From NCBI GenBank assembly GCA_044376115.1, contig JBILLK010000011.1:96001-160000 (forward strand): DNA of 64,000 nt. Reading direction: 5' to 3'. A model generated the notes under the pieces. It worked only from the letters and a program-made list of their open reading frames with translations, searched no databases and was not told where the DNA came from. The stretch comes from Polyangiaceae bacterium. GTDB lineage: Bacteria > Myxococcota_A > Polyangia > Polyangiales > Polyangiaceae. Below, piece by piece: positions 1-9,678 of this stretch. The position numbers were made by a program, and so were the translations under genes. Position 1 is the stretch's first letter; every line of letters begins with the position of its first letter.

Positions 1-585
1 TGCGGCGAGCGCCTGTGCGACCCGCGCCACCGGTACCCCCGATTGTTCGGAGAAGCAGACCGCTAAGTGGCTTTGGTGAGCCTCGAGGAGTGCAAGCGTC
101 TGCTCGAACTCGGACTCAATCAGATCGCAGATGAGCGGCTGAAGAAAACTCGCCGGCATGGGCCACCACAAGGAGAGAAGTCGGCGGGTGGCCTCGAGCG
201 CTGTGGGCTCTCGCGCGATGGTGCGCTTTGCCGCCTCATCCAAGCTGGTCCTGACCGTGGCTCGAACATGCCCCTTAGACTGTAGGATAGCGTCCAGCTG
301 CTCCACGCTCGCGGTTGGCCAGAAGGAATATTGCGCAACGATCAAGTCCTGCCAGAAGGGATCGAAGGAGTGCCGCAGGGCCGAGCTCACAACGCTAGCC
401 TGCAGCATCGTCGCCGGCGGAAAGTCCGCAGGGTCCTCGGGAATCGCGTCCTGCAACGCAAGCGGTCCAGTGGCGTGGACCCATGGAACCTCGAGCCATT
501 GTTCGCGCGCAAGCCGCCTTAAGACGAAGCGCGCCAGGCCGCATTCGCTAGGCCGTACAAGGTGGTAAGTCTCAGAGTTGCCCAT
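1..585 (-). CDS. Hypothetical protein, truncated at the left window edge
   Basis: My own translation, absent from the ORF track. ATG at 583-585 opens a stop-free frame (MGNSETYHLVRPSECGLARFVLRRLAREQWLEVPW...VARVAQALAA) that runs off position 1. It starts 38 bp after the amidohydrolase stop on the same strand. Confidence 0.6.
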   Translation of the reverse strand, partial: MGNSETYHLVRPSECGLARFVLRRLAREQWLEVPWVHATGPLALQDAIPEDPADFPPATMLQASVVSSALRHSFDPFWQDLIVAQYSFWPTASVEQLDAILQSKGHVRATVRTSLDEAAKRTIAREPTALEATRRLLSLWWPMPASFLQPLICDLIESEFEQTLALLEAHQSHLAVCFSEQSGVPVARVAQALAA

Positions 586-623
586 CGCGTCGCTCGTTCG
601 TAACCTATCGTAACTCCCGATGT

Positions 624-2390
624 TTAGGCGCGCGGAAGCGCGGCCCGCAAGAGCGTGCCCAACTTTCTCGTGCCAAGATCGGTAGCCGGGGCCCCGTCCT
701 TTATTGCGACACGCCCGCCAATCAAAACCAACTGCACAGCTTTGTCGTTGCGCCTCACCAGCCGCTTGAGTTCACCAAAGCCATCCATCGGCTGCTCGTG
801 GATTTCGTCGAGCGACGCGTTGAGCTCCTCCGGCCGCAGAACGACGAGATCCGCCCGGTCTCCCGGTCGGAGCCGGCCCGCATCAATGCGCAGGAAGTCG
901 GCGAGCTCAGACGTGAGTCGTGCCACAGCGCGGCCGACGCTCATGAACGGGGTCCCGCGGAGCGATTGTTCTCTCACCTCGCGCAACATACGTAGGGGAA
1001 AGTTGTAGTGGGCCATGTTGCGTAGATGGGCGCCCGCGTCACTAAAGCCGATCAGGACCTGGGGATGGTTCATGATCCAACGCAGCCACTCGGGTCGATC
1101 ATTGCCGATGACCGTGTACCAGCGCAGGTCCTCGCCGTACTCCGCAACCAAGTCGAGGAAGGTATCGACTGGGGCCTGTTTGCGCGCTCGCGCGAGCGCC
1201 CCAAAGCTCTTGCCCACGAGGCTATGATCAGGGCAGCCAATGATCGCGGTATCGTCGAGATCCCGATGGTACGCGCGGCCAAATAGTCGACTCGCCCATT
1301 GCGACTTGAAGCTCCGCCTGAACGCCGCGCTGCGAAGTAGAGCCGCTCGCGCGCCTGGATCTTTGAGGTGTAGTGCGGCGGTCCCCGCCGCGATCTCCTC
1401 GAATACGGGGGCCTCCATCCCGTCGACCCAAAGGTCAAACACGTTGGGCAAGGACTGGAAGCGCACGTCAGCACCAAGCCAGCGGGTGATCCGCGAAAGC
1501 AGCCCGACCAAACGAAAGGGCAGGCGCGCAGCTTTGGCGTCCATCATCGTTATCAACATGGTCTTCAGGCCGTGGCGTGTCAGTCCGATCGACTCTAGGT
1601 AAAAGAGTAGAACGTTGAGTTTGGTACTTACGTTGGGAACCCCCTGCAGGATGGCGCCGCGACGCCTAAGAATGCGTGTTAGCCGGCGATACTCCGACCA
1701 CGTTGCAAATACACTGGGCGTCGGGCGACTGCGCAGGTCCTCGTCATCCCCATCCATCTTGTCCCAGGTCAGGGTGTTGATCGATAGGCCGATAAAACCT
1801 TGGTCGAGGGCTTCCTCGAGGCACAGCTCCATCTGGCGCATCTCGTCCAGTGTGGGCCGGGCATCCTTCGTCAGTGCACGGCGCAGCCCCATCGCGCTTG
1901 CCCGAATGGCCGAGTGCCCCAGCAGTACCGCCAAGTTCGGTCCCAGCGCCAAGCTCTCGAGGTGCGCTGCGTATTCAGTCGGACCGTCCCAGTTCTTGAC
2001 GCTTTCGAGTAGCGGTTTGACGGTCGAGCGCGGAATCCCCTCTACGCGACAAAACATGTCTGCCAAGTCGGTCGGGCTGCCTTGAGCCATGGATAGGCCG
2101 CAGCTTCCGATGATGCAGGTTGTGATGCCATGCCGCACCGATTCGCTTAGCGCCGGTCCGACCTCCAACTCGGCGTCGTAGTGTGTATGAAGATCAACGA
2201 AGCCAGGCATCACCCAGCTTCCGCTTGCATCGATAACGGTAGCTGCTTCGGGTGCGGTGGCAGAAGGCGGCAGCAGCGCGCGCACTCGGCCCTGCTCGAT
2301 CAACACGTCCCGCGGCTCCCCGTCTGCTCCGGAGCCGTCAAACACAGTCCCCCCGCGCAGGATTAGTAGCGGTTGTGCATCGTCGGACAT
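624..2390 (-). CDS. N-acyl-D-amino-acid deacylase-like amidohydrolase
   Basis: N-terminal beta-sandwich (LILRGGTVFDGSG...DVLIEQGRV), PGFVDLHTHYD metal motif, GSCG, SDAGAH, and C-terminal GRLRPGDRADLVVL. Start moved to MSDDAQP. Confidence 0.88.
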   Translation of the reverse strand: MSDDAQPLLILRGGTVFDGSGADGEPRDVLIEQGRVRALLPPSATAPEAATVIDASGSWVMPGFVDLHTHYDAELEVGPALSESVRHGITTCIIGSCGLSMAQGSPTDLADMFCRVEGIPRSTVKPLLESVKNWDGPTEYAAHLESLALGPNLAVLLGHSAIRASAMGLRRALTKDARPTLDEMRQMELCLEEALDQGFIGLSINTLTWDKMDGDDEDLRSRPTPSVFATWSEYRRLTRILRRRGAILQGVPNVSTKLNVLLFYLESIGLTRHGLKTMLITMMDAKAARLPFRLVGLLSRITRWLGADVRFQSLPNVFDLWVDGMEAPVFEEIAAGTAALHLKDPGARAALLRSAAFRRSFKSQWASRLFGRAYHRDLDDTAIIGCPDHSLVGKSFGALARARKQAPVDTFLDLVAEYGEDLRWYTVIGNDRPEWLRWIMNHPQVLIGFSDAGAHLRNMAHYNFPLRMLREVREQSLRGTPFMSVGRAVARLTSELADFLRIDAGRLRPGDRADLVVLRPEELNASLDEIHEQPMDGFGELKRLVRRNDKAVQLVLIGGRVAIKDGAPATDLGTRKLGTLLRAALPRA

Positions 2391-2439
2391 GGACCGAACA
2401 GTAGCGCGGATTCGCTGTGCTAGCTGGACAGGAAGTCGC

Positions 2440-4290
2440 TCAGGCTCCTCCGCCTCCCTTGTAGGCGAGCTGCCTCCAGGTAGAGCGAAGGACGGCCGCC
2501 ACCTCGCTGGGATGGCTGACGTGCACGGCGTGCCCTCCGCCATCGATCGTCGACGTCTTCCACTGGGGGGCGTGAGTCAGTGGTTCCAGCGAGCCGTGAA
2601 TCAGCTGGACGGGGCAGGTGAGCTCAGCCGAACTGCTCAGAAGGGCTGCACGGTTTGATGCTCTTGAATGGCGCGCTAGTTGATTGGCGGCGCGGCACGC
2701 GACGCCGGCTCGCCGGAGGTCATACGCAGCACTCTCCAGAGTCTCGCGAATTTCCGGCGTGATCGCGATTCCGTCTGGCAGGAGTCGCCGCGCGAGCTGC
2801 TCTACCTTACTGTGCCGCAGGACGTGAGCGACCGCTGGCTCGAGCTGTACGAAGCTGGAGGCTGGCTTCAGGAAGAAGGTCGGCGCGATCAGCACCAGCG
2901 CCGAGACCCGCTCCGGGTAAGCCCGTGCGAAGCGTACCGCCCTCGCCGCTCCGAGCGAGTGTCCGACGAGCACCACAGGCCGTGTGCGCGACTCCAAGAG
3001 CCGCAGCAGCCATCGCTCCTCGACTTCGCCTTCAAGGTCAGCCGCGGAGCGACCGAGCCCTGGCAGGTCAACTCGAAGGCTCGGGACCTCCAAGCGGTTA
3101 GCGATGGGCCTGAACGCGTCGCCGTTCCATGGTAGCCCATGAAGAAAGACGAACTCGGCCTGCTCGGGATCGCCAACGACGAACGTGCCGCGCAAATGCC
3201 TGCCTCGGTCCGCGAGGGGCGCGGCACCGAAACGTGTGGATACAAGCTCGTCGCACCAACGGGTGAGACTCTGGCCCAGGTTGGGTAGGGCGAGCCCGGC
3301 CGCCGCCGCATGCGCCTCGCCGCTGATGGTGTCGTAGCGATCCTCGCTTAGGAACCCAAGCGCCTCACGTTGCAGCCCCGTAAGTGCGGCCGGCAAGTGG
3401 CGCACGAGCGACAGGGGTAGCAAGCGTTTGGGCGCAGGGACCCCCAGGTGCTCAGCGAGATTGGCGATGAGCGTTGGGAGTTCGGGGGTGGTTTGATCGA
3501 GCACGGTGAGCTCAGCGCCGAGGGTCTCGTCACGTGCGGGCACAGTAGCCAGCATCGCTGCCAAGTAGTCCACCGTCACCACCGGGACGAAGGTCTTGAC
3601 GGTCCCAACCAGGGCGGGAAGTCGGCCTTGCCAAAGCCGCTCCACCGTCTCACCCAGTCCTACGACCTGGATGGTCTGTCCGCTGCGAGAGTCACCGATC
3701 ACGCCGCTCGGGTGCACGACCGTCCAAGGCAGCTCATGGCGCGCCGCGAACGAACGAAATGCGGCGTACGATTCGTACTTGGAAGCCTCATAGGCGCCAT
3801 GGTCGCGGTACAAGGCGCGCCGCTCGTCCGACCTGAGCGGAAAGTGAAGATCCGCTAGCGCCTTGGGCGGCTTGGTCATCCGATAGCCACCCAAATAGAC
3901 AAACCTCCGGAGTCGCTTGCGTGTCCGGGCCCACTCGAGGAGGTGCAGTGTGCCATCAACGTTGGCGGCGCGAGCCTCCACCGCCGTCATCCCAAACTCA
4001 AAGCGCGCAGCTAGGTGGTAAACGTCGCCCACTTCTGAGTGAGCGGACTGGTCGAGTCCAAGATCGGGCCTTTGAACATCGCCATCCTCAAGGTGCAATA
4101 GCTCATCCTTGCCGCCTAGCGCGCTGACCATGGCCCGCAGCTCACGCTCACGGCGTTTGGCGTTACGCACCAAAGCGATCGTGTGCTGCCCGTTCCTGGT
4201 GAGCGCCGCCAGAAGCCAGCGCCCGATGAATCCCGTCCCCCCAGTGACTAGCGCAAGAACACCAACGTTCAATCCTTCAGAAGCCGTCAT
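2440..4290 (-). CDS. Extended SDR (thioester-reductase-like) fused to an alpha/beta hydrolase
   Basis: SDR motifs TGGTGFIG, YHLAA and YEASK. The C-terminal half has FLHGLPW, DLPGLG, the GHSLG nucleophile elbow and GGGHAVH. Start is either 4290 or 4320. Confidence 0.8.
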   Translation of the reverse strand: MTASEGLNVGVLALVTGGTGFIGRWLLAALTRNGQHTIALVRNAKRRERELRAMVSALGGKDELLHLEDGDVQRPDLGLDQSAHSEVGDVYHLAARFEFGMTAVEARAANVDGTLHLLEWARTRKRLRRFVYLGGYRMTKPPKALADLHFPLRSDERRALYRDHGAYEASKYESYAAFRSFAARHELPWTVVHPSGVIGDSRSGQTIQVVGLGETVERLWQGRLPALVGTVKTFVPVVTVDYLAAMLATVPARDETLGAELTVLDQTTPELPTLIANLAEHLGVPAPKRLLPLSLVRHLPAALTGLQREALGFLSEDRYDTISGEAHAAAAGLALPNLGQSLTRWCDELVSTRFGAAPLADRGRHLRGTFVVGDPEQAEFVFLHGLPWNGDAFRPIANRLEVPSLRVDLPGLGRSAADLEGEVEERWLLRLLESRTRPVVLVGHSLGAARAVRFARAYPERVSALVLIAPTFFLKPASSFVQLEPAVAHVLRHSKVEQLARRLLPDGIAITPEIRETLESAAYDLRRAGVACRAANQLARHSRASNRAALLSSSAELTCPVQLIHGSLEPLTHAPQWKTSTIDGGGHAVHVSHPSEVAAVLRSTWRQLAYKGGGGA

Positions 4291-4310
4291 TGCGGCAACA
4301 TGTGCCCGGC

Positions 4311-4362
4311 CATTCATCAAGAAAAGTGACTATAAGTAATGCTTGGTATGAGTAGAATTGAT
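4311..4362. promoter_or_regulatory. AT-rich divergent promoter with possible LysR boxes
   Basis: Short AT-rich gap between the divergent SDR-hydrolase and LysR genes. It holds the imperfect dyads ATCA-N7-TGAC and ATGA-N7-TGAT, the second of which fits T-N11-A. Confidence 0.4.
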
Positions 4363-5307
4363 GTACGGACTATCAATCTGAACCTCCTCCCTGCGTTGGA
4401 GGCCCTCTTGCTCGAGGGGACGGTCAGCGCCGCAGCCCGTAGAGCGCACGTAACCCAGTCGGCGATGAGCCATTCATTGGCCCGACTACGTGAAGCCTTG
4501 GGCGACCCTCTGTTCGTGCAGGTCGGCCGACGGCTCGTTCCGACTGCACGCGCACAGGAGCTCGCGTTGGCGTTACCCCGGGCGCTCGATCAGCTCGGGG
4601 TCGCGGTCAGCGGTGCTCCTCCGTTCGACCCAGCCGTTTCGCGGAGGAGCTTTCGCTTGGCAACGCTCGACTACTTCGAGCTTACGACGCTGACGCGATT
4701 ACTGCACTATCTCGAGCGGCATGCCCCAGGCGTCCGCCTCGAGGTTGAGCGCTTTGCTCCGGCCCACCTTCAGGCGTTGGATAGTGGCGAGGTCGACCTC
4801 GCTCTCGTGGGTACGACGGTGAAGGCTCCTCCGGGCGTGCGCCGAGCGACGCTCTATGAGGACGCGTTTGCGGTCATTCTGCGCAAGAACCATCCTCTTG
4901 GCGCTCGACGAAAGTTGGACCTCGAGACCTTCATCGCCCAGAAGCACGTGCTCGTGAATGTCGAGGGGAGAGGGGAGGGCGCCGTCGACCGTGCGTTGGC
5001 CAGGTTGGGTCGAACACGTGAGGTCGAGCTGCGTGTACCGCATTTCAGCTCAGCATTGCTCGCGGTGGCTGAGAGCAATTGCATTTGTACCATCGCTGCG
5101 AGCGTCGCCGCGCGTGGTCGGGAGCTCTTTGGCCTGCGCGTGGTACCCCCGCCGCTCGAGTTGCCCGCGGCTGGGATCGCGGCGCTATGGTCGCGACGTC
5201 ACGAGGACGACCCGGCCTCGGTTTGGTTTCGCAACTTGTTCTTGGGGGACGTGTTGCGTCTCCAGAAACAGAAAGCGATGTCGCGACCGCCGGCTATCAC
5301 GCCATGA
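4348..5307 (+). CDS. LysR-family transcriptional regulator (NodD/MexT-like)
   Basis: NLNLLPALEALL...VSAAARRAHVTQSAMSHSLARLREALGDPLF HTH, FDP linker, and C-terminal W...DDPASVWFR. Confidence 0.95.
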   Translation: MSRIDVRTINLNLLPALEALLLEGTVSAAARRAHVTQSAMSHSLARLREALGDPLFVQVGRRLVPTARAQELALALPRALDQLGVAVSGAPPFDPAVSRRSFRLATLDYFELTTLTRLLHYLERHAPGVRLEVERFAPAHLQALDSGEVDLALVGTTVKAPPGVRRATLYEDAFAVILRKNHPLGARRKLDLETFIAQKHVLVNVEGRGEGAVDRALARLGRTREVELRVPHFSSALLAVAESNCICTIAASVAARGRELFGLRVVPPPLELPAAGIAALWSRRHEDDPASVWFRNLFLGDVLRLQKQKAMSRPPAITP

Positions 5308-5328
5308 GCAAACCTCGGTTGTGATGGC

Positions 5329-7629
5329 CTACGCTGCGAAGCGCTCCGGCAGCACTCTCTGCGGAGACTGGCTGGGGGACGACTGCATCGCGTGGATTCC
5401 GCTCTTGCGATTGGCTGAAGCCGCAAGCAACCGCTCTTCTTCGCTCGCATAGTTGCGATCCCAGTCCAGCACCTTCGGCGTCATGAGCGCATGCCAGAGC
5501 GGCGGAATCATCGCGACCAAGAGCGTCGTTAGATAGCCTCCGATCATCATCGGTGCGTCCGGGTAGGGTCGCAAATCCTGGTAGGGGACCTCGCCTTGCG
5601 CGTGGTGATGAGAGTGGCGCGTGAGATTGAACATCGCCCAGGAGCTGACGCGACGGTTCGTGTTCCACGAGTGGCGTGGCTGCACTGGCGTGGCCGGATT
5701 TCGAACCATCCCATAGTGCTCCATGTAGTTGACGATCTCGAGCAGCGCCTTACCCCACAACGCGCATGCGATGAAGAACGCTGCGGCTTGCCACCCTCCC
5801 ATCAGCCAGGCGAGGACGACCAGCAATACGCTCATGGCATGCCCACGCAAGAACGCGTTGTGCCAGGAAAGCGTGGCGCGATTCTTCTTGGCTAACCGCT
5901 CGACTTCAATGTTCCAGGCGCTCAGATTGCCCCTGACGGTCGAGCTTAGTACGTGAAAATAGACATTGCGACCACGCGGCGCAGTCGCGGGATCCTCGGT
6001 CGTCGAGACGTAGCGATGGTGACCGTAGACGTGCTCGATAGCGAAGGTGGTATCGAAGCTAAACGCCAATAGCCAACGCCCGACAAACATCGATACGGGG
6101 TCCCAAGTGCGATGGGTTAGCTCGTGGGCGGGAATGGTACCCACCATGCCGATCATTAGTCCCGTGAGCACCCAGCCCGCCACGTGGTGGCCGAGGCTGG
6201 TTGACGCGCGCGCGGCAAGTACATCGTAGCCAGACCATTGCGATAACCAGGCGCCGTAGCCGAGCGGATCCCCGGGGCACACTGTCCATACCGCTGTAAA
6301 AACAATCGTCATGAGCAGCGGCAAAGCCAGCCAAAGCTGCCCTGTCAGCAGCCACTTGTGACGCAGGTGAGGTGTCCTCGTGTCATCTCCCAGAAGCGCG
6401 TCGCCAAGGATGTAGAACAATAACACTGTGAGCAAGCCAGCCGTTCCGTACCAATTCCCCGCCAGCAGGGCGATCAGCGAGAACAGGCCAATCCCGTGGA
6501 ACAGGAAGTACTTTAGGTAGTCGAGGGCGGTCTGTAGAGCCGAAGCCTTCTCGTTCACGTTGGGCGGCAGCAAAGCATCTGCACGAGGCGCCGGCTCGAG
6601 GGCGGCGCCCGTATCGGCTGCGGTTAGGAAGCGGTCGGCGTGGAGGTTCGTCGGGGCAACGCCATGCGCGAGAAGGACCGCGGCGGCCGAGTCGACCATG
6701 GCCGGAGGGCCGCAAAGGTAAGCCTGCGCGTCTGGCTCAATCAGCGCGGGCAACTTGTCGGCGATGAGGCCCCGCTCTCCACTCCAGCGTGCGTCCGGAG
6801 CCAGCTGCGAGAGCACTGGGATGAAGCGGAAGCCATCTCCCCAAGTCTGCGCGAGCGCTTCAAGCTCTGCCTGCGCGTAGAGATCTCGTTCCTCCCGCGC
6901 GCCAAATATCAACGTAACTGGGCGCTTTATCCCCTCGGCTGCCGCTTGCTGCAACATGGCTAGGATCGGCGCTAGCCCGCTGCCGCCTGCAATCATCAGG
7001 AGGGGCGTGTTGCCATCGCGAAGCCAGAAGTCTCCGCTCGGACCCTCCACCATGACTCGTTGGCCCACCGCGTCCTGGTCATTGAGGAAGCTGGAGAGCT
7101 TCCCGCCGGGCACTTTGCGGACATAGAAGGTCAGAGTGCCTTGCTCATTGCAAGGCGTGCCAAACGAGTACGAACGAGCGATGTCCACGCCAGGGCCTTC
7201 TGCTGAGTCGATACTCAGCTTGCAGAATTGGCCTGCGCGGTAAGCTAGCGTCTCCTCGAGCTGCACGCTGAGCCGCATGATGTCGTGTGTGACGCGCTCC
7301 TGCGCAATCACTCGCCCAGCGATCTTGCGCTGAGGTTCTTTGTTTAACTCGACCTCAACGCGGATATCCGACTTCGGAATACTCTGGCAAGCGAGGATAT
7401 AGCCTTGCTCGAGCTCTTCCTTGCTTAACAGGTAGCTCGTGTCGGTGAGTTGTTTCACCTCCCCGGTCGCGAGCTTGCACTTGCAGGAGGCGCAACCGCC
7501 GACGCGGCAGCTGTTGGGGAAGTCGAGGCCACTTCGAAGTGCTGCCTGAAGCACCGTCTCTTTGGGTAACAGCGTGATTAGCTGCTCGTTGATCTGGGCT
7601 GTCATGGGGCCGTGAGCGCGGGTCGTCAT
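5329..7629 (-). CDS. alkB: Alkane 1-monooxygenase fused to an N-terminal 2Fe-2S ferredoxin and ferredoxin reductase
   Basis: Ferredoxin motif CRVGGCASC...LACQ. FNR motifs RSYS, EGPSG, AGGSGLAP and YLCGPPAM. AlkB His boxes HELTH, EHVYGHH, NYMEHYG and LTRHSHHH, plus DPATA. AGGAGG RBS upstream. Confidence 0.92.
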   Translation of the reverse strand: MTTRAHGPMTAQINEQLITLLPKETVLQAALRSGLDFPNSCRVGGCASCKCKLATGEVKQLTDTSYLLSKEELEQGYILACQSIPKSDIRVEVELNKEPQRKIAGRVIAQERVTHDIMRLSVQLEETLAYRAGQFCKLSIDSAEGPGVDIARSYSFGTPCNEQGTLTFYVRKVPGGKLSSFLNDQDAVGQRVMVEGPSGDFWLRDGNTPLLMIAGGSGLAPILAMLQQAAAEGIKRPVTLIFGAREERDLYAQAELEALAQTWGDGFRFIPVLSQLAPDARWSGERGLIADKLPALIEPDAQAYLCGPPAMVDSAAAVLLAHGVAPTNLHADRFLTAADTGAALEPAPRADALLPPNVNEKASALQTALDYLKYFLFHGIGLFSLIALLAGNWYGTAGLLTVLLFYILGDALLGDDTRTPHLRHKWLLTGQLWLALPLLMTIVFTAVWTVCPGDPLGYGAWLSQWSGYDVLAARASTSLGHHVAGWVLTGLMIGMVGTIPAHELTHRTWDPVSMFVGRWLLAFSFDTTFAIEHVYGHHRYVSTTEDPATAPRGRNVYFHVLSSTVRGNLSAWNIEVERLAKKNRATLSWHNAFLRGHAMSVLLVVLAWLMGGWQAAAFFIACALWGKALLEIVNYMEHYGMVRNPATPVQPRHSWNTNRRVSSWAMFNLTRHSHHHAQGEVPYQDLRPYPDAPMMIGGYLTTLLVAMIPPLWHALMTPKVLDWDRNYASEEERLLAASANRKSGIHAMQSSPSQSPQRVLPERFAA

Positions 7630-7664
7630 GGTTCCTCCTGCCCGAAAACCCTAGCCAACGAACG

Positions 7665-7702
7665 GGGGTCATTTGTTGACAACAAGGGGTCATTTGTTGA
7701 CA
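7665..7702. promoter_or_regulatory. Tandem 17-bp direct repeat, likely AraC-family operator
   Basis: GGGGTCATTTGTTGACA occurs exactly at 7665-7681 and 7686-7702 (21-bp period) between the divergent alkB fusion and AraC genes. Confidence 0.7.
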
Positions 7703-7710
7703 GTAGGCCT

Positions 7711-8739
7711 GTGGCCGCTGAGCTCGACGCAGTACATTTTGCGATTCCGCCTCCCTATCTGCTGCAGATCGTGCACCAAGTTGCCGCGTGCGGCGTCGAT
7801 GTCGACCGCTGGCTCGCGCCTGCGGGGTTGTCGGCTGGCGCGCTCGCCGAGCTCGCGCAGGACTTCCCCCTTCCGCTATTTGAGCGGCTGTTACGAGATG
7901 CGTTGGCACTCACCGGTGAACCAGCGTTGGGGTTGCTCGTGGGCCAATCGCTTCAGCTCCAAACTCATGGGTACGTTGGCTACGCCGCGCTTAGCAGCGG
8001 CTCTCTACGACAGGCCCTTGGGCTGTTTGGCGCCTTTACGCGCGCGCGCCTCTCCTTGCTCGATGTGGTGGTCGAGGAGCGGGGGGACACGGTTCGCGTG
8101 CGCATCGTAGAGCGCTGGCATTTGGGGGCTGCGCAGCGGCCGGTGCTGGAAGCGGTGACGATGGCCGTGAAGAACATCCTGGAGGCGATCTCGGTGGGAA
8201 GCGGCTCGATCGACCTGGTGTCGTTTCCATTTGCCGCACCGAGCTATGCCGACTTTGCCGGGAAGTTACTCGGTTGCCGAGTGCGCTATGGCAGTAGCTG
8301 GGCCGGCTTTACGCTGCCGAATCGTGGGCTTGATAGGCCGCTACGAGCTGCCGACCCGATCGCCTTTCGCGAGGCGGTCAATATCTGCGAGCGCGAGCTT
8401 GCTAGGCTCGCGACGACCGAGACCTTCGCAGGGCGAGTGCGTCGGCTTCTGCTCGAGCAGCCAAACGGATTTCCCTCCCTCGAAGTATGTGCGCGCTTGC
8501 TGCAGGTGACACCGCGCACCTTGCACCGCCGCCTACTCGATGAAGGGACGAGCTTCCGAGAGATACTCGAAGAGCTGCGCAGCCAGCTGGCTCGGGACTA
8601 TCTTCAGCTCGGGAGCTTTAGTTTTCAGGAGATCGCCTATCGACTTGGCTATCGCGATATAGCCAACTTCCGTCGGGCGTTCAAACGTTGGGAAGGCGAG
8701 CCGCCGGTGACCTACCGTAATAAGCTGACGAAGCGGTGA
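7711..8739 (+). CDS. AraC-family transcriptional regulator (OruR-like N-terminus)
   Basis: GEPALGLLVG...HGYVGYAALSS N-domain, then RTLHRRL and IAYRLGYRDIANFRRAFKRW double HTH. GTG at 7711 chosen because it lies downstream of the operator. Confidence 0.92.
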   Translation: MAAELDAVHFAIPPPYLLQIVHQVAACGVDVDRWLAPAGLSAGALAELAQDFPLPLFERLLRDALALTGEPALGLLVGQSLQLQTHGYVGYAALSSGSLRQALGLFGAFTRARLSLLDVVVEERGDTVRVRIVERWHLGAAQRPVLEAVTMAVKNILEAISVGSGSIDLVSFPFAAPSYADFAGKLLGCRVRYGSSWAGFTLPNRGLDRPLRAADPIAFREAVNICERELARLATTETFAGRVRRLLLEQPNGFPSLEVCARLLQVTPRTLHRRLLDEGTSFREILEELRSQLARDYLQLGSFSFQEIAYRLGYRDIANFRRAFKRWEGEPPVTYRNKLTKR

Positions 8740-8784
8740 AAGGTTGAATTAGGGCTCTGGGCCACTCACCGCTGTTCCTATCCG

Positions 8785-9384
8785 TCAGTTGAGTTCGACC
8801 GAACATTCGCCTTCTTCAGCGGGGCGAGCAGGCTCCCCTTCGACCTCTTGCACATTGTAAGTTTGTGTGGCGGCAGCGGAGAAGATGGAGAACGCGAGGT
8901 CGAATGCCTCCTCGTGGGATTGAATGGTAAAGCAGCTGTCCGTCGCGAAGCGGGAGTTGCCGATGTTCAAGATGGTCGCGTCGACTTCCGCCCTGGTGTC
9001 GAGCTCGGCGTAGAGCGCGGTGCACTCATCCTCGCTCAGCCGACCGAGTGCGACGTTGTCCAGCGCCGCTCGTAGGCCCTCAAATTGTTCGTTCGTCAAA
9101 GGCGTCGGAGCGAGCTCGAAGTGGTACCAACACTGTCCTTCCCACCCTCCGGCCAAGCCTTGGATCGTCTTGTCAGCGAGGTTGATTTCGACCTCGTCCC
9201 CTTTGCCTGCGCCGACCCTTGAGAAGCGGACGACGTTGCAATCTCCGCCCGAAAAGCCTGCGTCAGCGTATTCTTCTTCAAAGCAGCCACCGTCAATGAA
9301 CTCGGCGGCCGACTGTTGCCAGGTAGCTTCTCCATCGCAGGCGGCCAGGAGCACGAAGAGAGCTGAGCAGATGCTGTATTTCAT
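8785..9384 (-). CDS. Hypothetical acidic lipoprotein
   Basis: MKYSICSALFVLLAAC signal peptide with LAAC lipobox. Several Cys, no recognisable domain. Confidence 0.65.
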   Translation of the reverse strand: MKYSICSALFVLLAACDGEATWQQSAAEFIDGGCFEEEYADAGFSGGDCNVVRFSRVGAGKGDEVEINLADKTIQGLAGGWEGQCWYHFELAPTPLTNEQFEGLRAALDNVALGRLSEDECTALYAELDTRAEVDATILNIGNSRFATDSCFTIQSHEEAFDLAFSIFSAAATQTYNVQEVEGEPARPAEEGECSVELN

Positions 9385-9678
9385 TGGATATCCTTAAGCT
9401 TTGCGATTGTTGAAGTGGTAAGTCGTTATGAGCAGTCGCTCGCGTAGGTCGACTTTGCAGCTGCTGTGCCACGCTCGGCTGAAGCCTGCTCGTAACCGGA
9501 TTGGGGCGGTACGCGGCGAACAAACTGGTATGTGTGGCAGCTCGTTCTGCCCAACGCGACACGCTTGTCACGGCCTCACCTTACGTGCTGAGGCTGCGCC
9601 TGCCCGCGACGAATCTCCCGGGCTCGCTCTCTTCATGAGCCGTGTAATCGGCACCCTGCGCTCCCTTTGCCGCGAGGT

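Noticed and set aside
598..614. TCGTAAC direct repeat (10-bp period) upstream of the first ORF
   Set aside because: It is too short to separate from chance without comparative data.
9385..9678. ncRNA or riboswitch in the ~290-bp intergenic gap
   Set aside because: It contains only short hairpins (e.g. CCTCA...TGAGG) and no recognisable RNA family motif.
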